A stretch of 63,470 nucleotides of DNA, counting the filler, from Phoronis australis (taxonomy: Eukaryota; Animalia; Phoronida), in the NCBI GenBank assembly GCA_002633005.1. It is 10 parts of 10 records of this genome, joined end to end, with 100 filler letters (N's around TTAATTAATTAA, not from the genome) between each part and the next. Parts side by side here need not be neighbours in the genome. Positions count along the whole stretch, not along the records: positions 15,965 to 32,389 come from NMRA01000408.1; positions 32,490 to 43,387 come from NMRA01000879.1; 8 more parts are not named here. One strand, 5' to 3'. How positions within the stretch are numbered: the stretch's first letter is position 1; the number at the start of each line of letters is the position of its first letter. The translations under genes were made by a program, and so were the position numbers. The notes beneath the pieces are model-generated. The model was not told where the DNA came from. It did not search any database and worked only from the letters and a program-made list of their open reading frames with translations. This document shows positions 26,891-38,766 of this stretch, piece by piece.

Positions 26891-28583
26891 TGAAAACCCA
26901 GTATAAGTTGACGAACTGGTCCCAAGTAACCGGAGAAAAGTACTGTTGATGATCGCTTTAAGGGCGGGGCGTGATCGGTTGGGGAGGAAGAGACGGCGTG
27001 AAATTGTTGCCAACTGAGAGGGCGGCGGTACCATAATATTGTGCCTTAGGGTCGAAAATTATGCTACACGTGTGCGCGACCGAGAACGGGCGGCGGTACC
27101 GCTATCTTCTTTCTTCGGTGTCGATAATCATAGCTATATATGTATACCACTCGTGCACGCAACCGAGAACTGGCGGCGGTACCGTTACTTTGCGCCATCG
27201 GGAACGACAATCGTAGCTATGTAGCTCATGCGATCAACCAGGAGTAGCTCCACAGGGATGTCTTAGGACATCCCTGCGGAGAGGGGTTGCTGTAAATGGA
27301 CTCATTTTAGAAATGTAATACCTCGAAATACACTGTACGTTTAAGGTGACAGCGAAACACGACGAAGTACCTGTAGGCTACATCTTAAAACAAGGACTTT
27401 GAACGGCATATAGCGCTTAATGCGACATCTGTTATCAGTAAAGTTTACGTGAGACTCTCCTTGATCCAATCTCCTTCTTGAAACTCGATCGGTCGTGCCT
27501 CCTTCTGGAGAATCTGGTTGTGAGCATGCCACTGCTTTTAGTGGACATAATTTTGTTCATACTGTACACCCGTTCTTTACAAAAAGAGGACACGCTTTTG
27601 TCAGCGCAATTTGCCGATAGTTATAGGATTTTACAACGAGTCTATCACACGCATCTCTTTGAAAAACATATGACCAGGCTACTCAATGGATATTTGTTAA
27701 TCTTATGCGGCAGGGATGTGTGGAAAATGTGAATGAGTAGAAGTGACGAGCGCGGGTTGGAGATTCACCCGTCGGAATGTGCATGTTCCTTTAAACCGAT
27801 ATACACAAACTTACACACAATTTCACATACATATTCTAAATTCTACTTATTTCAGAAAAACCAATGCAAAATGACTGATAAGTGGTTTTAATAAAAAGAA
27901 GTTTTTATTTCACAAAGTATTAAAATGTTTTTGGTAATGATCATCTTTGGATTGATTTCCAGTCTACTAAATTAAAAAACGGTATGTAGCGGTTTTATTA
28001 AATCGTTTTTTTTGGTGACTCTGTATTTCAGTGAACAAATGCACAGACTTGCCGAAAAGGTTACTCGTAACGGCTCTGAGGAAAAACTTCCTACTTTAAG
28101 ACATATTAAAGCAAGCTGCGTCTCTTGAAGAAAACATTTTTTGTTCTGATAAAAGTTCATCGTTTCAAACAGTTATGCGGTGTTGATAGAGATTTTAATC
28201 AGTGGGTTTTCAAAGCGTTCAATTGTTTGCGATCATTGTAACTTCAAATTATCAGTATTTCATTATAGAGTGGGATTTTCAGATGGCTCAAAAATTCAAA
28301 AGACTTAAATGACAGCAAAAGAAATTGTATTTCGAGTTCGCCAACTATCATGTCCACCAGAATTTAAAATTGGACCAAACAGAAGTCGCGTTTGTGTTGT
28401 CCTAACTACAAAGCGTTAATGCCGTGTGTTTGCTATTTGTGCCTCAGCCAGGACATGTATTGGCGGAATGACGTGCCTTTGTGAGGTACACATAATGCAG
28501 GTGACACTACCAGTGATATCTCCGCAGTGTTTAGTATCCTGGGAATGACTTCCTGAGATACCTGTAAGATTAATGGACCATAC

Positions 28584-28734
28584 CTTCAGTGGCTCCCCAA
28601 CCGGTGACAGTAGCTAACACGTTACTGAAATCACCAGCGCTGGATGCGGGAAGGCAAACTGGCTTGACGTGATCGTCGAATGTGAGCGGATCCCTAAGGA
28701 ACAACAAAGCGATGTCGTTGGACATTGTGCGACT
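28584..28734 (-). CDS. Trypsin-like protease exon SRTMSNDIALLFL...PVCLP...VTGWGATE (catalytic Asp)
   Basis: tttcag/gtatg boundaries; NDIALL and GWG motifs. Confidence 0.95.
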
Positions 28735-30139
28735 CTGAAAATTAGAACAAACGATTAGTGCTCGGTTCTTGTTACTGAAATTTGAATATTTCACGTCTGT
28801 TCAAAGGGATATTATCGGGTTTGCGGCTGAAAACGCGGGATTATTGTTGAACTAGAAGGGCGGCTTACGGTTACAAGCTTTGATCAGAGCTATAAACCAA
28901 CGCAGTCTGTTGTGATTTTTGATCTTATTTAGTAGCCGCCAATTCTCGCCGTTGTCTGCCATACATTTCCTGAAATCAACTCCTGTGACTTTACCTGTTT
29001 AAAAAGCTTAACATAGTTTGCCATTTATCTACGGTGTTTTAGCTGCGGCTGCAGAGCGTTCAACTACGACAGCAGGTGGTTGGAGGTTCAATTCCGAGCT
29101 GAGGCTGACCTCAGAAAATCACTTTTCTTGCCCATAACGTCCTTTTAACTTTCAGCTTTTGTAGTCACGCTCTCTTCATGGTAATTTAAAACGGATAGTA
29201 AGTTGCATCGTACAACTTAAGTCGGCTGTTAAAGAATGCCTTGGTGTCACAGATCAGCTCTTATCAGAGGCGTATTTGCTCCGCAGCTTCATCGCGTTCT
29301 GGCTCCTTTGTTTGAATCGAAATTAGTTGCAAAATACACCGCCCGAACTTCCCATGACGGCCATACTACAGTACATGGGCGACCCATTTTAGCCCCCCGT
29401 GAGAAGTAAGTTAGTGGGTCTTGTCTGAAGCAGTAAAACTTTTCAGGTCTGTCTTCTCAAACCTACCAATCAGCTGTGAGACAAGGTGAGAAATAAATAA
29501 AAAAGTGTTTTGTGATAGGAGTCTCAGGTTTATTACCCCTTTAAGAAGAGGTAAGAAGTCATAATCAGGTCTTCAGTTCAACCCAGCCATTTAGGAAAGC
29601 CAAGTGTTGCAATATTATACCGACTGGCGGGAATCAATAGAGAATATTCGAATTCTACTCAAAGCGTTACACCATTTTATCTTATCTGGTGAGTTCCGGG
29701 GGGAGGGGTCACCGACTTAGTTTTTGAGCTATTTTTGCTATTTATTTTACAGCGTTTCATAACAGTACCCAATTTCACCTTCTCATAAGATCATCAATTT
29801 CGAGTAAGCCGCTGGTTTTTCTACATGTAGATGGCAATTACGCTACTGTTGGGATAGTGAAGTATGTTCAGCTGACGCGAATAATATAGGAAGAGAAGTT
29901 TCTTCTTAAATGACTTCAAATTTGCCGTTTAATTAAGTTAATTTCTGCGTCTAGATAATACGACGAGAATACGGAACTTTCAAATTATTCCAATCTGCAG
30001 AACGTTTTTAAAAACTATGTTGCGTTTTTGGTTTCCGTTTTCCGAGGATGCTGTGTTCGGAAGGCAAAATTGTCTCATCGATGATTTAATTTTAAGCATA
30101 CGCAACACTCATTAAGCTTCCTCTGTATATTCTACTCAC

Positions 30140-30254
30140 GCTGTAGCCGGAGTGTTTTGTGTAAGATCTGACGCGCACGACCTGCTCTGTTCCTTCGTTA
30201 GAGTTGAAGTTGTGTTCACCGGCTGCAACGTAAAAATTTCTTGCACCTCCGCTC
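30140..30254 (-). CDS. Trypsin-like protease exon SGGARNFYVAAGEHNFNSNEGTEQVVRVRSYTKHSGYS
   Basis: tttcag/gtgagt boundaries; phases match both neighbouring exons. Confidence 0.93.
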
Positions 30255-31082
30255 CTGAAAATATCCCAAACTGTGTAAACAACTGTAAACACTCACTTTG
30301 TTTTAATGACGGGGTTTGCAGTATCGACAAATTGCCTGTAACACTGTTGAGTGCCGTTCACACACAGACGTACTGTACCCTAGAACAAGGTACTCTTGGA
30401 GCGAGTTTCACTAGGTTATGAGTGGTTACTGGACGCTATTTAAACAAGCATGAACAACTTACACCATTTGTGACAACTTACTCTACATTATCGAGGTAGG
30501 GAAACTTGTTTTAGGGTAACTTGCGCCACTTGTAATCGCTTTGTGGCTGCAAACGTGGCGTAGGGCGGAAGTGATCATCAGCTGCGGTTACATACCGACG
30601 CGTTTCCTCTTGCGCGCCGTTTGGGCATTAGGCAGCATTGCAGCCACAGCATCTTGTAGTGAAATTAACTTTAAAGGGTGTTTCAAGTTTGACGGCTGTT
30701 TTGAGGAAAGCACTGAAAATGATTTCAAGGGGTTTAATTTGCTTGTGCTTTTAGATGAGAAAAGCCACGTTTTTAGCAGTGACCTACTTTGATGCAAAAT
30801 GGCGGCTGCAATTTGCTTTCAACACCTGTTGCATGCGCGCCCCAGCCTTCAACATGGGGGGGTCGAATTCTTGACGTCGGTTGTGGGGGGTTGCGAAGCC
30901 GGTTGGTGACGACGTGGCGACCCATTGGGATGAAATTCTTGGCGACTGGTGTGAAGAAGGAAAAGTGGGGTGGGGGGGGAGCTGAAATTCTCCTAGTACG
31001 CCTTCAGTCGTGGAAAGCTATGCCATATCCCCCAAGTTCACAAACCCCTGACTGCAGTACCTTAAATAACATGTCAACTTAC

Positions 31083-31177
31083 ACACAGTGCGCAGCAGTT
31101 ATAACTGTATTCTCATCAATAATTGATCCTCCGCAGATGTGGCTGCTGCTTCCTGAACCATACTTGCGAAGAGAGAT
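31083..31177 (-). CDS. Trypsin-like protease exon ISLRKYGSGSSSHICGGSIIDENTVITAAHCV (catalytic His)
   Basis: cttcag/gtaagt boundaries; CGGS and TAAHC motifs. Confidence 0.95.
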
Positions 31178-32101
31178 CTGAAGAAAGAATTTCCAGTTTT
31201 AATCCAATTCACACGAGTGTTGAGACATTTTCCTATATTGACAATATCAACATGAGGTAAATAACGGTAGTCGCTGCACAACATCACACATAATTGTCAA
31301 AAATGAAAAAAAATAATTTTTCTACAATGTTGTTGGATCATATGTTAGAAATGTTGTTGTGTTTTTGTGAAAGTTTGTTAAAGAAAAGCACTATACAAAC
31401 ATCAAATTTGTCACTGTTCACTCCACATGCGAACTATAAGTAAGCTGTAAGTATTCATTTCACAGCATGAGTAATGACTCATTATTTTCTGTTTGACGTA
31501 GTTGAAGAACGTATAAAACTGTTGGCATAGATGTATCAGTGGTTACCTACGCTACATTCCGATCGCAACTCACAAGCGAAGCACTTGCGTTTAACGTCTC
31601 CAACAGTGTTTAAACGTATCTGTTGAAATGCCTCAGTGAATATTTTTATCAAAATTTCAACATTTTTCACCAAACGCGTTGGCAAAATTACTGATAAACC
31701 AGGAGGAAAATGTCAAAATAATATAGCCAGGTGAAAGTGCTCACGAAACCAATTTTTTTTTGAAAAACTCATAAAACCCCAGGGCCCTCTGACTACGGTC
31801 GATTCCGTAATTGTCTTCTTGCGGCGAGAAAACGGGAGAAGTGTCCCTGCGCATTTTAAAAATTTGATGATCATACCTCACATTGAACAAAAATGACTAT
31901 AAAGGTGCCTGGAATTAATACAATAGTAATAAACCAACGCTTGGACGCACTTCCCGATCGTCACCACAACGAGTATTGAAAAGCGATAGGAATGTGAGCA
32001 AGTCACATCACAGCTTTTATTTCTAACATAATCACAGATTGTTTTAGGTCCTTGTCCTCAAGTCCTATTACGATATAAGTTTTACTAAAACTCCCACCTA
32101 C

Positions 32102-32181
32102 CTGCCAAGGCCATTCTCCGTGTCGCGCTTCCTGTCCTCCTACGATCAACGGCTCAGTTGACTGAAAGCTGCTTACACCAC
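32102..32181 (-). CDS. Trypsin-like protease exon GGVSSFQSTEPLIVGGQEARHGEWPWQ (activation site); upstream exons off-contig
   Basis: ttgcag/gtag boundaries; IVGG and WPWQ motifs. Confidence 0.93.
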
Positions 32182-32389
32182 CTGCAAAGAAATACTCCTT
32201 GCGCTTCATTTTAATTAAAAATTTCACTAGACGTATTTTAACGCAAGTTAATTCAGACGAAAATTAAGCGCATATAGTGCTCATTCAATTCAACTTCTAA
32301 TATTTAAGTTTTCTAAATATTAGAGAATTATATTATGATTTTTAGTTTCATTTTTATTTTGTTGGTGCATCACCTCCTAAAATGGCGGC

Positions 32390-32489
32390 NNNNNNNNNNN
32401 NNNNNNNNNNNNNNNNNNNNNNNNNNNNNNNNNTTAATTAATTAANNNNNNNNNNNNNNNNNNNNNNNNNNNNNNNNNNNNNNNNNNNN
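32390..32489. other. Artificial contig-joining spacer
   Basis: N44-TTAATTAATTAA-N44. Confidence 0.97.
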
Positions 32490-33099
32490 GGATTTCGCCT
32501 ACCGCCCGTTTAAAATACACGGGACGAAATTAGTACAGAACGCGATAGAACGTATTGTAGTGCAAATCTGAAGTTCATTTGCCATAACAGCAATGCTTTT
32601 GGGCATTTTTCGAACTAAACGGCTAAAAACTCGAAGACAATAACAGAATACACTCTGCTACCGTATTGGGCAAATGACCAAACGACAAGCTTTTGCCCCA
32701 CTTCCCGTTACGTCACAGTTTAGTCTCACATAATCTCGCGTTATTGTTATAAACTCGCAAAAGGCCTATTGCCGACCACTCAGTAGACGGCTCCTAGCCG
32801 ACCGCTGTTGGTCGGCTGCTGGTCGGCTAGACGACCGGTCGACGGCCGGTCGTCGACCAATTTCCGACCGGTCGGCCAAAAATTCGTGATGTGTGCTGTA
32901 CATGTAGTTGTCATCAGTTGGGATGTCTGAAGAATCTGTCTCCATATTCTGACGAGCCAACATTTGTATACAAGCATTGAATTGCTTCCCCTCTTGGCAC
33001 GGAATCAGTGTGTTCTGTGTTGCTGACATTCGGCACTCCTGGAATTTCTTTTTTCATTGTTTCCGGATTGGCGTTACTTGATCTGTCAATATTTGGACG

Positions 33100-33375
33100 T
33101 GGGATGTTGGATGCCCTGGCTTTCATGATAGCATTCAGTGTTGAGTCTACCAACATATGCCCCTCGCTGCTCTATCCTAATTTTTTCTCCTATAACATAA
33201 GGACTGCACTGTTTGATGCATGCACCGTCTCAAGAACTTCTTGAAGTCCTTTGCCTGACATTTCGGATCCAATACAACCCAGAAAGCTCTCCTCAGTATG
33301 AAATCTGTCAAGCGTGGCTAAGAACAAGTGACTGCAGATCACTCTCGTTTGCTTTGCTGCCACTAATTGCCTCTA
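33100..33375 (-). pseudogene. Decayed DNA-transposase fragment, probably Academ-type
   Basis: SDLQSLVL/RFHTEESFLGCIGSEMSGKGLQEVLETVHASNSAVLML*...GHMLVDSTLN resembles the LGxFH..SFLG.IG..M.GSGL.E.LE.VYA.N...RGH.LVD motif; has stops and a frameshift. Confidence 0.6.
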
Positions 33376-35172
33376 AAATCTGTTACCTATGTTCATATAA
33401 AGCATGCCTATTACAAAATTGTGAGTACTAACTGTTAAGATATCTTTGCTTTTCATCAAATTCAGATGAAATCAACTGCCGAATTCTCAACACATGCCAC
33501 CAGCAGACGAAATCATTGCTTGGGAAAAACTAATAATATATCCAAGAGCAAAGAAAAAAGACACATCCTGCCCAATTTTATTCAGGGTTTGTGTAATGAA
33601 CAAGCCAGTAACTCCACCACAAATACATATTTTTCTAACAACTATTTTTGATACCTCAAATGAATATATTTTACAGAAAGATGATTGAGTATGCGAAACT
33701 TATTATGAACATTTAACTAAAACATTTTCTGAAAAACACCAACTTTTATGTTATATAATCTAAAATGTGATTAACGTTCCACATTCAGTATCTACATCTT
33801 AAGACCACATCCACGAGTGGACCAGGCAAAAAGTGATAAAGGCTATGTCACGGATTTCCTCGATTGTTTGCATGATGGTAGGGGTTGATGCCCCAACCTT
33901 CATGCCAACATTATTTTTTTATTGCGTGCGCCACCTTGTGGTTGCTATGGGAACGTGTTGTTTTTCTGCCAATTCCAAGCCTCGTTACAGCTACATTTTG
34001 GCACTTTTTGCGAACTTACCTTGAGAACAATAGTGCAAAATGAAACACATCAAGTTTATCACTGAAGTGGGGTGTCTTTCAACTTGCCAGTTATAGAAAA
34101 TGTCAAGGTTTCAGTTACATCTTAACCGTTTTTGAAGGCTACCAGTTTAGCTAGTTTGTGGTGATTCCAAAATGTTGAAAATTGCCCTACTTCCTGCCTA
34201 AATATCTCAGCTGAAGCCAAATTCAAAACAACAAAACTACAACCAGTGTTTAGATTGATGCTAGCTCTACAAAATAAAACCATAAAACGTCTAGGCAATC
34301 ACCCTTCTACATACCGCTTCGGGCTCTAGAAGTAGGGCACCTCACCAAAATTATGCAACTGGCCAATGTCTGCATAGTGACAAATGTGTGCGAGGATTCA
34401 AAATACAGTTTTGAAATCTTAAAATAGGCGATCGAACATATCAAGAGAGCTTTAATTTTATTACTTTACAGAAAATAATGAGAAATACAACAAGGCACGT
34501 TGGTTTCCTTTGACCCTGACGATAACGCTGCCAATAGCATGTGCATATATTCTCCTTTTCAAAATGCATTATGGCTGAGTAAAAAATCTCTAAAGTAAGT
34601 CAGTTATGTATAAGTCTTCAGTTATACATAACTGGGATCTCGAATTCTGAAAGTTTAATGTGTGAGTCTGATTGAAATTTAGTTTTCTAATATTTCGAAG
34701 TCGGTTGATCGTGTCCCGACGCATCTCAATTCAACGAATTTTATAAAAAAAAACAACAATAGGTGTATTGGGCCGTTAGGAGACAACATCATCTCCATAC
34801 AGTGTATATCACCAAACCCGAACAAATCAGACAGCAAAGTAGTTAGTCATAAAAAGAGATGTATTGAAATGGTATTGGTTAGATGCTTTGAAATGAGGTT
34901 AGAAACACTGATCTTATAAGGATAGTCGACTACCGGTGAAATTGGCGTTGTTGAATAACTTTTCTTACGCTTCTCATTCGGAAAAGTCCCCGAACAGCAC
35001 ACGCCCAGATGTGCATATGGATGTCTGAATGTTCTCGCATTATGGATATCAATGTTTTTTAGTTTTCACCGACAACGCATAGAATGATGTATTTGCGGAA
35101 GGTTTATAGACATTTTCACACGCAAGATAGCAGAAAAATCAGTTCAGATGTTTTTTGCACCTATCACAGTTT

Positions 35173-35465
35173 CAGTGGCGGATTCCAGGAGGGGGCCATG
35201 CCCCCCTAAAATTCTCCCAGATACCATTTGCCAGTTCGGGGTGCTAATTGGTGACTAGCATATATTATGCGCGCACCCAGGGGGCTCCGTGGGCGAATGC
35301 ACAATGCATTGGCCTTGAACAAACCCCGTTTACCAGATTTTTTAGTAACAAGGTCCACAAACCCAAAAATTCGAGACCCTTGCATCCCTACATTTTAGGG
35401 TGGGCGCGCGGATATGGCGAAATGCTGTGCCCTGCCCCCCAATTCAAAATCCTGGATCCGCCCGA
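35173..35465. mobile_element. hAT-like MITE (CAGTGGCGGAT...) with a second MITE nested at about 35269-35410
   Basis: Homologous to 7686-7813 but interrupted by GCGCGCACCCAG...GGGTGGGCGCGC. Confidence 0.65.
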
Positions 35466-35979
35466 GTTTAGTATGGGTATGCAATGGTGTTTGGTGCTTA
35501 CTATCAGTCAGACTCCAAAAGTTCAGAAGTCTCGAGACTAATACATGTAGTGTCAGCTACTTCATTGAAAAATCACAAGACAATTCATGTGCAGCAAAAC
35601 GAAAATAAAACACAAAGTTAACATTCAGACTGCATATAGGTGAACTTGAGTAATCCTGCAAAGAGATTTTGGAACAAAGTTGGGCAATATTTAAAAACTG
35701 TTCTGATTTAGATTATTGTTTATTATGTTAGACATAGAGATGCAGCAGAGCAGGTTATACTGTACTTATGTAGCAAAACGATAAGACAGCCAAATATTAA
35801 ACAAAAATCAAAGTAGTTTAGAGAATAGTAATACTATATTGAGGCTGATATAGGACACAGGCAAATTACAGGCCATAAATCAAGTAAATAGAAAAGAACA
35901 AATGTGGTCACATTTACAAAATGCGAGCAAATTAGGAGTACAATGAGACACCTTTAGTCAGCATAGATGACACGTCACG

Positions 35980-38766
35980 AAATGGAAATAGCATTGTGTC
36001 TGACTACTTTTGACATACTGTATTTCAAATGTCTCCGAGTCTTGTATACATGAAATGTGCTGCTGCGGCAATTCCATTGACTCAACAATCTTTTGTCACA
36101 GTTCAAATTGAGGGTCTTCCTCAGCGATTCTTTTCATTCCAAAGGCATCAAATTGTGCGAGTTTCCCAGAACGATTGAGTGCTGCTAAACGGGAAAATAT
36201 TTAATCTGCTGAGGTGAGAGACATTCTTCAGAACATCAATATGACCAGGAGCAATACATTCATGGGAAACATGTAATGCTTTGCTGGCTTTTTGTTTGTA
36301 ATATCGCTAGCACCTTTCGGCAAATTCATCGATGTCAGTTAGAAGCTGGGTCCTAACAGGGTTGACTCTTCCATCAGATGAAGCAGTGAGAAACTGATTC
36401 CACTTATAGATCTTTGGCAAAGTCGTGGGCAGCCAGAATGGTGGTTGGTTCCCCTCGTTTCCATTTGAAAAATTTGCCTGTAAATATTACAATTATATGC
36501 AACTTAATCCGTTAACACAAGAAGTATATTTTCCATAAATAGCCTTTCCCCAAAGTGTTTATTTTTATCATTCAAAATAGCTTGGAAAGATGGCCACTCA
36601 CATATGCATGCTACCCTCATTGTGTGCAAGCACTACTCAAAACAAAAGGTGTCGTCAATTAATCAAAATGTAAGTTCACTACTAAAACCTGGAAAACCAT
36701 CAATTTTTATATAGCATTGCCACGGCTTCGAAATGCCATAAAGTTAAGACAAGATCCAACACTCTTCATGCCACGATGCTGATTGAGAAAATTTTATGTT
36801 TTAGTACATCATTTTCAGGCTAAAAGGAATACAATTGCATCTTCAATATTTTTAGCTAAATGCACCTTTCAAAATTTTCCTCAGTGGTCACTCAAACAAC
36901 CCGGAGCAACTATAAAAATCCTGTTATGACCTATTTGGAGTACCTAAGATTTCATTACAAGCAGTCTTCCCTCTCAGAGGAATTTTCAAATGTTGACAGT
37001 TGTGGTGAAATAACTGGCACAGAACTAAACAGATTGTGCACTTATGAACATAGCTCCTCAAATAAACATACAGTACAGTGTAGTTCAAGGTCTGTTAACG
37101 CTATCCATTGACTCACAAGCTCTGGCCCAAACTCGCAAAACATAACTTATGCACCCAAAAATCACAGTGCGTGGAGCCAAATCCACTTTGTCTGAGAGAC
37201 ATGGTTGACACGACAGTAAATACAGAATACATGCAAAGTGCTTTGTCTGCAAATACAAGAACCGTGTTACAGTCCATCAGTAATGTTTCCTAGCAGATGA
37301 GTTAGTGAGACCGTCACCAGTTTTTTAGTCAATGCTCAGTTTACAAGCCCACCAGCCCTTTTTTATATTTGAGGCAATTTGCGCAAACCTTGTAGTTACA
37401 TACTCCTGTAACTATTGACAACTTGTGCAGCAAAACTTCAGAGACGCAAAATTCGCTGAATGCACGGCATTTTTAATTGTCTATGAGGTTTATAAGCAAC
37501 CACAATACAACTGAAATAAAAATCTACTACAGCTACTGTTTTGTTATCATTAAATGTTGATGCACTTAATCCTGGAACCAAGAATCTCAGAAAAAGGTTT
37601 TGTGTAACAACACTCCAATTCACGAACTAACCACTTACTAGTACTCTTTCTGTAGTAAGCTCAATACAAGTGGCTAACTTCTTTGGTAAACGCTTACAAT
37701 TTCTGCATAGACCTGCAATAGAATTTTATGGAAAGTAGGCATAACAGAACTCCCAATAGAATGCTGCATTTTGAATCCCCAAATGTTTTCCCCAGTCTTG
37801 TTCATGAGGTTGAATGATTCAGGTATTAGGGACCTTAACGGTGTTAAAACTTTAGCCATGTTAATTAAATTAGGCCCCATTGCAATGGGGTTCCACTGCA
37901 TATTTGGAAAATTATGTTGTATCTCTGGTTATACACATAGAGCAATGTGACTAATCAGAAGTGACTACAGGTGAATTAGATGAGAAATTGGTGTCAGCTA
38001 GGAGACAAGGGCTCGATTAAATCTTTTGATAATGGACACCAAATTTCCACTTTTTACACATGCGTATTCATAAAATGGAATGTATTTCGACAAATCCTAA
38101 ATATTGAGATAAAGTGAATATTTTACTTATACAAGTCAGTACTGGAAGAAGTTATTAATATTACTGTAGTACTCGAGTATCGCTTTACTTCATGTAGGGA
38201 TGTGCCCTTCATGGCGACTGCAGTCAAAATCTAGTTGAGAAAGCAAATATAATAAAGTCGTTATCAACAGGTATAGAGTGTAGAGTATTGATGACCTGCA
38301 GCTGCATAACAACTTACCTGACCCAACTGGAATCGATATATTCTGTTCTTCCAGAAATTCTTTGTTGACTGTATTTCCACTTACATTCCAAACTCAAGCT
38401 TGGCCTTGGGCTTAGAGCCTTTCTGATGTTGAAGGTGGGCGCATATCTTACTTTCACTGGCCTCCATCTGATTCCATGCTGAGATCGACGATTTTCACAA
38501 ACTGGGGGGTGTGGGGGGGGCAAACTNAGCCCACTCTGACCCTGGCACGAATCAGCTGCCACTTTCAGTTTCAGCACTGTCACTGAACGGGACTGGGTCG
38601 GTGACTTTAACATATTTCAGATGGCTTGCTATGGACTTGCTGCAATCAGTTAGTGCTTCAATTGCTTGCTGCATGGTTTCGAAATTCCTTTGAAGCTCCA
38701 TAAACCAGATTTGAAGGACTATGCCAACGTACACACTATATTAACTTCCACCACCTCATCAGCCAT
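35980..38766 (-). pseudogene. Decayed multi-exon gene inside the TIR element, with weak NRF1/ewg DNA-binding-domain resemblance
   Basis: Exon-like blocks at about 38318-38766 (MADEVVEV..., gtaag donor), 37700-37900, 37340-37470 (LQEYVTTRFAQI) and 35980-36477 (GNEGNQPPFWLP...KWNQF...ERC*RYYKQ); contains stops and frameshifts. Confidence 0.4.

Noticed and set aside
29036-29110. tRNA-like A/B boxes (GGTTCAATTCC)
   Set aside because: No acceptor stem or cloverleaf; at most an old SINE fragment.
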